This document shows, piece after piece, positions 19,692 through 29,424 of a stretch of DNA of 64,000 nucleotides. Made by a program: the position numbers and the translations under genes. A model generated the notes under the pieces. That model made no database searches. It worked only from the letters and a program-made list of their open reading frames with translations, and was not told the DNA's origin. Source of the DNA: an uncultured Actinomycetota bacterium (GTDB taxonomy: Bacteria > Actinomycetota > Actinomycetes > Streptosporangiales > Streptosporangiaceae); the NCBI GenBank assembly GCA_963713585.1, contig CAVQMG010000010.1, forward strand, positions 20,911 through 84,910. The letters run 5' to 3'. Each line of letters begins with the position of its first letter. Positions within the stretch are counted from its first letter, which is position 1.

Positions 19692-19809
19692 CTCGCCTGT
19701 CACTCCCTTCGGCCCGTGACGGCGTCCCGCGACTGCAGGGACGCGATGGCTGTGCTGGCTTCCCGTCCCGGCCCGCACGACGCGGGCCGGGACGGGAGCT
19801 GCGTGCTGC

Positions 19810-21165
19810 CTAGGACTCGCTACCGGTGTTGAGCACGTTCTGCAGTTCGGTGTTGGCCTTGTTCACGGTGGCCGTGAAGTTGGCGCCCTGCATCAGTGAC
19901 TTCATCATGTCCGGAATGATCTCGTCAGTCGCGTCGGCGGTGCCCCAGTTCTTGCTGTTGAGCGGCGAGATCTGGGTGTAGCCGGCTGCCTTGGCGAACC
20001 CGGACAGGATCGGGCTGCTGGAATAGGTTCCGCTGGACAGCTGCGAGGTGAAGTCAGGGAAGAATCCCTGCGAGTTGGCGAACGTGGTGGCGTTGGACGG
20101 GCTGTCCATGACGCTGACCAGGTCCCAGGCCGCGGTCTGGTTCTTGCTCTTGGCCCAGACGCCCAGGTCCGAGCCGCCTGCGAAGGCCGGAGCCGGGTTC
20201 GGCCCGTTCTCGCTCGGGATCGGGAAGGACGCCCACTGTGCCTTGTTCGCGGTGCTGACCGCCTCGAGTGACGACTCGGCCCACGGCCCGTCGATGTACA
20301 TGTCGAGGCTGCCCTTGGCGAAGTCCTCGTCGCTGCCGCCGGAAGTCGCCCCCGGCGCGCCGAGCTCGGTCTGGCCGATGTACTTGGCCGGGGAGACCTT
20401 CTCGCTCAGCAGCAGGTTGGCATAGAACTTGATGCCGGCCTCGGACTGCGGCGAGTTGAGCTCCGCCTTCCACTGGCTGCCGGACTGCACGGCCACCTGA
20501 CCGCCGGCGCCCCAGATGAAGCTGACGATGCCGTTGGTGAAGTCGCTCGGCGCGCCCAGGCCGTAGGTGCCCGGGTAGGCCTTCATCAGCGCCTTGGCGT
20601 CGCTGACCAGCTGCGCCCAGGTGGTGGGGGTTGAGGTAATGCCGGCCTTGGCGAACTGGTTCTTGTTGTACCAGACGCCGCGCACGCCGCCGAACCACGG
20701 AACGGCGTAATAGTCGCCGTTGACGGTGTCGTTGGCCAGGTTGCCGGCGATGATGTCGGACCCGTTGGACCAGGCCTTGACGCTGCTGGTGATGTTGGCC
20801 AGTGCGCCCTGAGTGGCGACGCCCGGCGTGTCGGTGTTACCAAGCTCGGTGATATCCGGGCCGCCCTTGCCGCTGGTGAGCGCGTTGGTCCAGTCCGTGG
20901 TCCGGTTGGTCCACGGGATCCAGTCCACGACGACCTTGGTGCTCTTGTAGGCGGGGAACTGCTTGTGGAACTGGGCGACCACGCCGTTCATCCACGTCAC
21001 CTGGGACGGGACCGAGGCGCCCATCCGCCATACGACGAGCTTGGCGGGGGCCGATGAGGCTGAAGTGGTGCTGGGGCTGCTCGAGCCACAGCCAGCGATG
21101 CCCGCGGCGGTTCCCGCGAGCGCAACGGCAACACCCAGTGCGGCCGCCGATCTGGTGAAAGTCAC
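19810..21165 (-). CDS. Extracellular sugar-binding lipoprotein of the ABC importer
   Basis: Signal peptide with lipobox ([14 protein letters not shown]). 451 aa, a size and composition typical of CUT1 family-1 solute-binding proteins. Confidence 0.9.
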   Translation of the reverse strand: MTFTRSAAALGVAVALAGTAAGIAGCGSSSPSTTSASSAPAKLVVWRMGASVPSQVTWMNGVVAQFHKQFPAYKSTKVVVDWIPWTNRTTDWTNALTSGKGGPDITELGNTDTPGVATQGALANITSSVKAWSNGSDIIAGNLANDTVNGDYYAVPWFGGVRGVWYNKNQFAKAGITSTPTTWAQLVSDAKALMKAYPGTYGLGAPSDFTNGIVSFIWGAGGQVAVQSGSQWKAELNSPQSEAGIKFYANLLLSEKVSPAKYIGQTELGAPGATSGGSDEDFAKGSLDMYIDGPWAESSLEAVSTANKAQWASFPIPSENGPNPAPAFAGGSDLGVWAKSKNQTAAWDLVSVMDSPSNATTFANSQGFFPDFTSQLSSGTYSSSPILSGFAKAAGYTQISPLNSKNWGTADATDEIIPDMMKSLMQGANFTATVNKANTELQNVLNTGSES

Positions 21166-21349
21166 TGACCGATCTCCCTTCCCGGCTGTGTCAGCGGAAA
21201 TGACGTCCTCCGGGCGGACGTCTCCGGCCGGGCTTCGGCCTGGTGGCCGGCCCCTACGCTAGACGGCGGAATCGACTGGTTCGACCCGTGCTGAGCAGGT
21301 GGGGCCCGCCAGGGCTTCGCCCCGATGGATTGCTTGCCGAGAAACTAAC

Positions 21350-21362
21350 AGGAAACTTTCCT
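21350..21362. promoter_or_regulatory. Perfect palindrome AGGAAA-c-TTTCCT in the divergent binding-protein / ROK promoter region
   Basis: Read directly at 21350-21362. It is embedded in the only AT-rich stretch of this intergenic region (gaaactaacaggaaactttcctataagatagac). Confidence 0.4.
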
Positions 21363-21495
21363 ATAAGATAGACTCCGTTGCCAGATTGAGACACACGCCG
21401 GGTTCGTGCAGGTCATACAGCACGAAATCGGCAGCTCAGCCGTACAGTCAGGTCTGGCAGCGCGGATGATCAGCGCTAGGGGAGGGGTGGGGCGA

Positions 21496-22683
21496 ATGCA
21501 GCGACGGCCTGGCACGCCGAGCTTGCTGCGTGAGCTGAACGACAGGTCCGCCCTTGAGCTCCTGCTGACCGGCGGCCCGATGACCAGGGCGCAGCTCGGC
21601 GAACATACCGGGCTATCCAAGGTCACCGCGTCGCAGCTGCTGGCCAGGCTGGAGGAGCGCGGCATCGTCGCGGTGGCCGGCGAACTGGCCGGCGGCCGGG
21701 GCCCGAACGCTGCGCTGTACGCGGTCGTCCCGTCGACCGCCTATGTCGCCGGGCTGCATGTCGAGCGGGACGAGATCAGCGCCGGCATCGCGGATATTAC
21801 CGGGAACGTGGTCGCCCGGATCTCGGTCAACCCGACTGACGCGGCCGACCCGGTCGCCCTGGTGCGCGGTGCCGTGCTCGCTGCCTGCGCGTCGGCCGGG
21901 GTACCCGCCGAGTCGCTGCGCGCGTTCGTGATCGGCACTCCGGGCGTGCTCGACCCCCGGACCGGTGATCCCCGGCTGGCGGTGAACCTGCCTGAATGGC
22001 ACGAGGGCGTCGTCGGCGCGCTGCGCACCGACCTGGCCCGGCCGGTCACGCTGGAGAACGACGTGAACCTCGCGGCGATGGCGGAGCGGGCCGTCGGCGC
22101 GGCCGCTGATGTTGCGGATTTCGTGCTGGTCTGGCTCGGTGTCGGACTCGGCCTGGCGACGGTTCTCGGCGGCCGGCTGCACCGGGGCGTGGGCGGCGCG
22201 GCCGGCGAGATCGGCTACCTGCCGGTGCCAGGCGCGCCGCTGCCCGAAGATCTCACTCATCCCGCCACCGGGGCGTTCCAGCGCCTGGTCGGCGCGCAGG
22301 CGGTGCTGCCGCTGGCAGAGTCCTACGGCTTCAGCGGGCCGACGGCAGCGGCAGCGGTCGCAGCCGCCGTGGCCGCTGACCAGATCGGGGATTCGTCGGC
22401 CGACGCCTTCTTGTGCGATCTGGCAGTCCGGGTCGCTACCGGCGTGGCGGCGGTCTCGGTCGTGCTCGACCCTGGCCTGGTCGTGCTCAGCGGCGACGTC
22501 GGCCTGGCCGGCGGGACCGCGCTGGCCGGCCGGGTGGCCTCGGACGTCGGCCGGTTCTGCCCGGCCCGGCCGATGGTGGTGCCGACCGCCGTCGACGGCT
22601 GGCCGGTGCTGCGCGGCGCGATCCTGGCCGCGGTCGACCAGGCGCGGGCTGAGTTGCTGGCCTCGGTAGCTGACCCTGCCTGA
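21496..22683 (+). CDS. ROK family transcriptional regulator
   Basis: N-terminal wHTH (LLRELNDRSALELLLTGGPMTRAQLGEHTGLSKVTASQLLARLEE). ROK sugar-kinase-like domain (WLGVGLGLATVLGGRLHRGVGGAAGEIGYL). I chose the ATG at 21496, which has ggagg upstream. The ORF is open from 21406. Confidence 0.85.
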   Translation: MQRRPGTPSLLRELNDRSALELLLTGGPMTRAQLGEHTGLSKVTASQLLARLEERGIVAVAGELAGGRGPNAALYAVVPSTAYVAGLHVERDEISAGIADITGNVVARISVNPTDAADPVALVRGAVLAACASAGVPAESLRAFVIGTPGVLDPRTGDPRLAVNLPEWHEGVVGALRTDLARPVTLENDVNLAAMAERAVGAAADVADFVLVWLGVGLGLATVLGGRLHRGVGGAAGEIGYLPVPGAPLPEDLTHPATGAFQRLVGAQAVLPLAESYGFSGPTAAAAVAAAVAADQIGDSSADAFLCDLAVRVATGVAAVSVVLDPGLVVLSGDVGLAGGTALAGRVASDVGRFCPARPMVVPTAVDGWPVLRGAILAAVDQARAELLASVADPA

Positions 22684-22695
22684 CAGGATGCAGGC

Positions 22696-24165
22696 ATGGT
22701 CGTTCTGGATGGCAGCTCGCTGACCTGCGCCGACGTTGCGGCAATCGGCAGGCGCCAGGTCACGGTTGAGGTCAGTGCGGCCGCCGTGCAGCGCGCCGCC
22801 GCCGCTGCCGCGGCGGTCAGGAATGTCGGTGCGGACGAGCAGGTCTACGGCCGCGATACCGGCGTTGGTGCCAACCGCGCGACACTCGTCAGCGAAGGCG
22901 ACCGGGTCGCGCACGGCCTGCGGCTGGCCCGCAGTCACGTCGGCGGCGCCGGCCGTTGCTGGCACCGGAGACCGGCCTCGGCATGCTCGCGGTCCGGGCC
23001 AACCAGCTGGCGGCCGGCGGTTCGGGTGTCGATCCGGGCGTGCTGGCGGTTCTGGCCGACTGCGTCAACCGCGGATTGCGCCCGCCAGCCCGGCGCTACG
23101 GCGGCATCGGCACCGGCGACCTGCCGGCCCTTGCCGTCACCGTGCTGTGCCTGCGCGGCGAGCGGAACTGGCTGTTGCCGGACGGGAGCAGCAGCGCCCC
23201 GGCCGGCTCGCCGCGGTTCGCGCTCGACCCGGCCGACGTGCTGGCCTTCATGTCCAGCAACGCTGCGACTCTCGCCGAGGCAGCGATTGCCACTCATGAC
23301 CTGTCGGTCCTGCTGTCCGCGGGCACCGTGATCGCGGCGCTGAGCCACCTGGCTGCCCGTGCCTCGGCCGAGGCCTACGCCGAGGCTGTCCAGCTCGCCC
23401 GGCCGCATCCCGGCCAGGCTCGGGTGGCGCGAGACTTGCGCGGCTTGCTGACGGGCCAGGCCGCCGGCGCGGCCCGGGTGCAGGACCCCTACGCCTTCCG
23501 GGCTCTGCCGCAAGTGCACGGCGCGGCACTGGACGCGGCCGGCCATGCCATCCAGGTCCTGGCCATCGAGCTCAATGCGGCGGCCGAGAACCCTCTCATC
23601 GACGCCACGCGGCAGCGAGCCTGGCACAACGGCAACTTCCATACCGGCTACCTGGCACTGGCCCTTGATGCCACGCGAGCGGCGATCTACCAGTCGGCAT
23701 CGCTGTCCGCTGCCCGGCTGGGCGCGCTGATGGACGACCGCTGTACCGGTCTGACCACGTTCCTGGCCCAGGATGTTTCGCCTGGCTCGGGGCTGATGAT
23801 CTGTGAGTACACCGCGCACTCGGCGCTGGCCGAGATCCGCGGGCTGGCGGCTCTGGTCACGCTCGGCGGCGCGGTGCTGTCGGTGGGTGCGGAGGAGCAC
23901 GCCGGTTTCGGGACGCAAGCCGCGCGCGCGACCGCCGACGTCGTGCGGCCGTATCAGGTAGTGCTGGCATGCGAACTGGTCGCGGCCGTCCGGGCGTTGC
24001 GGCTGGGCAAGGTCCGGCTGGCCAGGCGGACCTCTCGCCTCGGCATTCGACCATGCCGACGCAGCGCTGCCCGGGTCCATGGCTGACCGGCCGCTCGACA
24101 GCGATCTGGACGCGGCCGCGGACCTGCTGCCCGTAGTTGCCGGCGTGATAGCGGCGGGCGGCTAA
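22696..24165 (+). pseudogene. Aromatic amino acid / histidine ammonia-lyase family protein with non-canonical MIO position, two frameshifts
   Basis: - VVLDGSSLTCADVAAIGRR..VYGRDTGVGANR..LRLARSHVGGAG is followed, after a shift at about 22945, by LLAPETGLGMLAVRANQLAAGGSGV..YGGIGTGDLPALA..QDPYAFRALPQVHGA..NPLI..HNGNFHTGY.
- After a second shift at about 24025 comes GPLASAFDHADAALPG..DRPLDSDLDAAADLL, ending with the stop at 24163-24165. Confidence 0.75.
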
Positions 24166-24242
24166 CGGCAGCGTTTCCCCGGCGGCATCGGTTTGGTCAT
24201 CCCCATTGCGCTGAAGTGCCGGCCGGGGCGAGAGTCCTTGTC

Positions 24243-24791
24243 ATGGAATACGTCATGTCCAGCCGCTGGTCGCTGCTGGAGCGGTTTGACATCACCGACG
24301 CCATGGGTGCGCCGCAGTTCGAAGCGCGCGGTCATTTCGGCTCCCGGATCTCCCTGCTCGACCGATCCGGCCGGGAAGTCGCCGAGATCCGCAAGCACCT
24401 GCTGACCGACACCCACGAGGTGTACCTGCGCGGCCAGCGGATGGCGCAGGTGCGGCACGCAGGCATCTTCGGCGACAAGTACGTGATCGACTCGGCTCTC
24501 GGCCAGCTCGAGGCGCGCGGCCATTTCGACGGCGGCGACTACGCCATCGGCAGCGGCGGCCAGCTGGTGGCCAGGATGGTGCGCAAGTTCTCCATCCGGG
24601 ACAAGTTCGCCATCGACGTCGCCGATAGCGAGGACCAGGCGTTCATCCTCGCGGTGGTGCTGGCGATCGAGGCCATCCACGAGGAGCGCCGCCAGCAGGA
24701 GCACCGGGGCGGCACCGGGTTCGGCATCGGCATGAATCAGGGCGGCTTTGGCGGCGGTATCGCCGGAATGATCGACAGAGACGTGCTGTAG
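24243..24791 (+). CDS. LURP-one-related (DUF567, tubby/scramblase-like fold) family protein
   Basis: Pattern F.I.D..G...F...G......I.L.D..G.E+..I+K repeated twice, then FAIDVADSEDQAFILAVVLAIE. The C-terminal tail is Gly-rich. Confidence 0.65.
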   Translation: MEYVMSSRWSLLERFDITDAMGAPQFEARGHFGSRISLLDRSGREVAEIRKHLLTDTHEVYLRGQRMAQVRHAGIFGDKYVIDSALGQLEARGHFDGGDYAIGSGGQLVARMVRKFSIRDKFAIDVADSEDQAFILAVVLAIEAIHEERRQQEHRGGTGFGIGMNQGGFGGGIAGMIDRDVL

Positions 24792-24817
24792 CGGCATGTG
24801 GACAAGGACTACCCAGC

Positions 24818-25805
24818 GTGCGGCTTGATCAGATCCCGACGCCTGCCCTGGTCGTCAACTCCGACGTCCTGGACGCGAACATCGCGACGATGGCGGCAGC
24901 GCTGCCGGGTGCCCGGCTCCGCCCGCACGTCAAGGCATACAAGTGCACGGGCCTGGCCGCGCGGCAGGCGGCGGCCGGGCATCGAGGGCTTCACCTGCGC
25001 GACCATCCGCGAGTGCGAGGGGATGGCGGCGGCCGGCCTCGGCCAGGACCTGCTGCTGGCCAACGAAGTGCTGGACGCGACCAGGATCGGCAAGCTGGTC
25101 GCGGCCGGCGCGAGGGTGACGCTGGCGGTGGACTCGCTGCCGACTATCGAGGCCGCGGTGACCGGCGGAGTGCGCGAGATCCTGATCGATGTCAACGTGG
25201 GCCTGCCGCGGTGCGGCTGCGCGCCGGAGGCCGCGGGCGCACTCGCCGATGCGGCCCGGCGGCGCGGGCTGCAGGTCCGCGGGGTGATGGGCTACGAAGG
25301 GCATGTCGTCGGCCTGGCCGACGCCGGCCAGCGCGCCGAGCGCTGCGCGGTGGCGATGGAATTGCTGATGCGGGCGCACGCCGATGTCGGCGGCGAGCTG
25401 ATCTCGGCCGGCGGTACCGGGACCTACGCCATCAATACCTGGGCGAGCGAGATCCAGGCCGGCTCCTATGCGCTGATGGACACTGCCTATGGCAAGCTCG
25501 GTCTTCCCTTCGAGCAGGCGGCGTACGTGCTCGCCACTGTGATCTCGGCGTCGCCTGGCTGGGCAGTGGCCGATGCCGGGCTCAAGGCCTTCGCGATGGA
25601 GAAGGGCAACCCGGAGCTGATCGGCGGCGAGGTGCTGTTCTGCTCTGACGAGCACATCACAATCAAGCCGGCCCGGCCGGTCGGCGAGCGGGCCTGGCTG
25701 ATCCCGGCGCATATTGATCCCACTGTGGCGTGTCATGAGCGGATGTACCTCTACTCGGGCGAGGATGTCGTCGAGGTCTGGCCGATTGACCTGCGCGGCT
25801 GGTAA
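24818..25805 (+). pseudogene. DSD1-family PLP enzyme (D-serine dehydratase / D-threonine aldolase-like, alanine racemase N-terminal fold), one frameshift
   Basis: The GTG start gives VRLDQIPTPALVV..RLRPHVKAYKCTGLA (PLP-lysine context). After a shift at about 24965-24975 comes IEGFTCATIRECEGMAAAG...GGTGTY...AGSYALMD...IPAHIDPTV. Confidence 0.75.
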
Positions 25806-25827
25806 GCCGGCTGCCACCACCGGAAGG

Positions 25828-26813
25828 GTGACCCAGTTGACGCACGCGCCCAGTTCTGCCGATCTGCCGAGCTATGCGGAGCTGCCGGAGGCGGCCCGCT
25901 GGCGGCCGCAGCGCCTGGGGGCTGTTCGGTGCCGGTGAGAACCTGGGCCTGATCAACTTGCTCACGCCCGACCGGGTCGTCGCGGCGGCCGGGCTGGTCC
26001 GGACCGGGCAGATGTTCCCGCTGGACATGCCGCTGGGCAGCGTCGCGCCCGCACTGGCGAGCTCCCGGGGCACGCCGCGGCACACGGTGCTGCACACGGC
26101 GGGAACGGCCGGGTTCGACGACCTCTACGACAACTTCTACCCGCAGACGTCGAGCCAGTGGGACTCGCTCGGCCACGTCGGCTACGCGCCCGACCAGTTC
26201 TACAACGGCGCCACCGAGGCCGAGGTGCTGGCCGGTGCCAGGAACACCGTGGACCACTGGGCCCGGCACGGGATCGCGGGCCGCGCTGTCCTGCTCGATG
26301 TCCCGCGGGCGCTGGCGGCGGCGGCCGCCAGTTATGAGCCTGGGGAGAGCTTCGCGATCGGCGTGGCCGAACTGGAGCTGGCACGCCGGCAGGCCGGCCT
26401 GGAATTCGCGGCCGGCGACATCATCCTGCTGCACACCGGCTTTGCCGAGTGGTACCTGGAGCAGCCGGATTCGGTCAAGGCGCGGCTGCACGGCCGGGTC
26501 ATCGCGCCGGGACTGGCGCATACCGAGGCGGTGGCGGAGTACCTGTGGGACAGCCATGCCGCCGCGATCGCGTCGGACACGTTCGCCGTCGAAGTCGTGG
26601 CCGGCCGACACGAGCCCGCAGGCGCGTCCGATGGGCTTCCTGCACCACATGCTGATCGGCCAGTTCGGAATGGCCCTGGGCGAGTTGTGGTGGCTGTGCG
26701 ACCTGGCCGCCAGCTGCGCGGCTGACGGCGTCTACGAGTGCTTCCTGGCCAGCGCGCCGCTGAACGCTCCCGGCGGGATCGGATCGACCGCGAACGCGCT
26801 GGCGATCAAATAA
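25828..26813 (+). pseudogene. Cyclase family protein (kynurenine-formamidase-like fold), two frameshifts
   Basis: The N-terminal segment (..LPSYAELPEA), core (WGLFGAGENLGLINLLTP..SSQWDSLGHVGY..GRAVLLDV..GDIILLHTGF) and C-terminus (FLHHMLIGQFGMALGELWWL..YECFLASAPLNAPGGIGSTANALAIK) lie in three frames. Shifts are at about 25900 and about 26610. The start is uncertain (GTG 25828 or TTG 25837). Confidence 0.7.
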
Positions 26814-26838
26814 GCCTGGCCCGCCCCGGCGGAGCGCA

Positions 26839-27640
26839 TCATTCGTCGATGGAGTTGGCGTCGCTGGCCAGCACTGCCTGCACGTCCTGGAACTCCGATA
26901 GCGCCGCCGCGAGCTCGGAGACCGGCTGCCTGCCGTGGACGTGCAGGGTCACCTGGACCATAGGCTGGCCGGCGTCGGACCCCGTTCCGCTGGTCAGGGT
27001 GTGGTTGTGGCCGGCTGGCTCGGTAGCGATGTCGTCGATAGCGAATCCGCGCCTGGTCGTCTCGGCGATGAGGTCGCGCAGGATGCCGCGGCCGTCCGGG
27101 TAGCGGACGCTGAGAGCCGAGATTGCCGTCGCCGACCGGGGTAGCCGGCGGGTCAGGACCGGGAAGACCAGTGCCACCAGGAAGTAGAAGCCGGTGCAGA
27201 GAGCCGCGAGAATCGGCAATCCGGCACCCGATGCTGACCCGATCGCCGCAGTCACCCAGATCGAGGCGGCCGTCGTCAGCCCGCGGACGGAATCGCGGCG
27301 GACGAAGATCAGCCCAGCGCCGAGGAAGCCGACGCCGGTCACGATCTGTGCCGCGACCCTGGATGGGTCGAGCACCACCAGCCGTGGTTCGAGGACGTCG
27401 GTAAACCCGTACTTGCTGATCAGCATGAACAGGGCAGCGCCGACGCCGACAAGCGTGTGCGTCCGCAAGCCGGCGTTCTTCTGGCGGATTTCCCGCTCTA
27501 GCCCGATGGCCGCGGACAGCGCCAGCGCGAGGCACAGCTCGGAGATCTGCCGCCAGCCCTCCCCGTTGAGCTGGCGGGCTGCGGCCGCCTGGACGAGAGC
27601 GGCGCTAACGGCGATGACCTAGCTGCTCCGTTGCCGGCAT
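26839..27640 (-). pseudogene. MgtC/SapB family membrane protein, one frameshift near the start
   Basis: The conserved AIGLEREIRQKNAGLRTHTLVGVGAALFMLISKYG lies in a frame with no canonical start after an upstream tag. The ATG at 27640 (MPATEQL) joins that frame if one base of cagctaggtc at about 27620 is removed. An ACT-like C-terminal domain is present. Confidence 0.75.
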
Positions 27641-27802
27641 CGGCACGCTCCCTTCTCGGCGGGCGGGCGGCGGCGGGCGGCTGCCCAGCGGAGACCCGAT
27701 CATGCACGCGAACCGGTCATAGCACCGCAACTGGCTGCTGACAGGATGCCACGAAGCAGTGCCACGCCGCACGCCAGCGCGCAGCCGGCCGGTGCCGCTA
27801 GC

Positions 27803-29224
27803 TCAGCTGGTGGCTGCCACCTGGCTCGCCAGCGGGACCTTAACGTCCGCGGAGTCAATCGAGCTGACGATGTCGTCGAGGCTGCGTCCGGCGGGTTCTG
27901 GCAGCACGAACGTAAGTGCCAGCCCGAGAACGGAGACCCCCGCGGTCAGCAGCAGAGTGCCGCGCAGGCCGAGCGAGGAGGCCAGGATCGGGAACAGGAA
28001 CACCCCGATGAACGCGCCGAGCTTGCCGATGCCGGCCGAGATCCCGTGGCCGGTGGCGCGCATGGAGACCGGGTAGAGCTCGCTCGGCATGACGAAGGTC
28101 GTCATGTTCGGGCCGAACTCGGTGAAGAAATAGCTCACCCCGTAGACCACCAGGAATGGCGCGACCGTCGTCGTCATGCCGGGTACCGCGGCGATGACCA
28201 GGAAGCAGGCAGCCATCATGGCGAAGCCGATGAGCTGGAGCTTGCGGTGCCCGATCCGGTCCAGCCGGGCGATCGCCAGGATGTAGCCAGGAACGGCGGC
28301 CACGACGAAGATGGCCAGCTGCAGTGCGATCTTGGTCATCGTCGACGCGTCAGGAGCGATGTTGCTGAGGATCTGCGGCGTGGAAATGGTGTTGCCGTAG
28401 TAGGCGTAATCGAGCAGGAACCAGCAGCCAGCGGTCCCGGCCAGCATGACCAGCCAGCGGCGCGAGGTGAGGAATGCCCGCAGGCCGACCTCGGTGCCGC
28501 GCACGGCCGGCCCGGCGTCCTCGAGCGGGACCTGCGCCAGGCCGGCGACCTGGCGTGCCGCCTGGTCGGCCCGGCCCTGCACCTGCGCCTGGTAGCGCGG
28601 CGACTCCGGCATCCTGGACCGCAGGTAGACCACGGCGCCGGCCGGCAGCGCGCCGAGGCCGAGGAGGACCCGCCAGACGACGTCGTCGCTGGCGCCTGAC
28701 CCGAGCAGGCTGAGCGCGATGAGCGGACCGATGATGAGCCCGAGGGCCTGGGTGCCGAACACCATCCCGACCAGCTTGCCGCGGTCCTTGCGGTTCGCGT
28801 ACTCGCTGACCATGACGGCGCTGACCGGGTAGTCACCGCCGACGCCGACGCCCAGCACGAACCGGAACGCGATCAGCATCCAGTACGACTGCGAGAAGGC
28901 CGAGCCCAGCGCCCCGGCGATCATGATCGCGGCCACCAGCCAGTACACCCGCTTGCGGCCGACCTTGTCCGCGTACCGCCCGAAGACCAGCGCGCCGACG
29001 AAGGCGGCCGCCAGCATGGTGCTGTTCAGCAGGGCCAGCCGGTCCGAGCTAAGGCCCCAGTCCTTCGTTATCAAGGTTGAGGCGATGCCGATAACGAACA
29101 GGTCGTAGGCGTCGGTGAAGAAGCCAACGCCAGAGGCGACAACTGCCCGCAGGTGGAACCGGCCGAGCGTGGCTTCATCGAGGGCGGCGGCAACAGCCCT
29201 GCTCTGGACTTCAGTCACTGGCAC
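27803..29224 (-). CDS. MFS transporter (phosphate:H+ symporter / sugar-porter-like subfamily)
   Basis: 473 aa, 12-TM pattern. Motifs GRYADKVGRKRVY, GVGVGGDYPVSAVMVSEYANRKDRG. Confidence 0.85.
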   Translation of the reverse strand: MPVTEVQSRAVAAALDEATLGRFHLRAVVASGVGFFTDAYDLFVIGIASTLITKDWGLSSDRLALLNSTMLAAAFVGALVFGRYADKVGRKRVYWLVAAIMIAGALGSAFSQSYWMLIAFRFVLGVGVGGDYPVSAVMVSEYANRKDRGKLVGMVFGTQALGLIIGPLIALSLLGSGASDDVVWRVLLGLGALPAGAVVYLRSRMPESPRYQAQVQGRADQAARQVAGLAQVPLEDAGPAVRGTEVGLRAFLTSRRWLVMLAGTAGCWFLLDYAYYGNTISTPQILSNIAPDASTMTKIALQLAIFVVAAVPGYILAIARLDRIGHRKLQLIGFAMMAACFLVIAAVPGMTTTVAPFLVVYGVSYFFTEFGPNMTTFVMPSELYPVSMRATGHGISAGIGKLGAFIGVFLFPILASSLGLRGTLLLTAGVSVLGLALTFVLPEPAGRSLDDIVSSIDSADVKVPLASQVAATS

Positions 29225-29424
29225 ATCACCGTGCTCATCCCGCCTGCCTTACTGGCTCTGTCGGAGTCTGCCTGCTGGCTCGCGTGCAAGGTATCCGGGA
29301 CGGGCGACGGGTAACCGACCTCAAAATGAACAGAAAGTGAACGCGATATTGACAGCTTCCGACTTGCCGGATCTTGAGCCGTCCGGGCCGTTCACTCTCG
29401 CGTTACCCGTGATGAATACCATGG

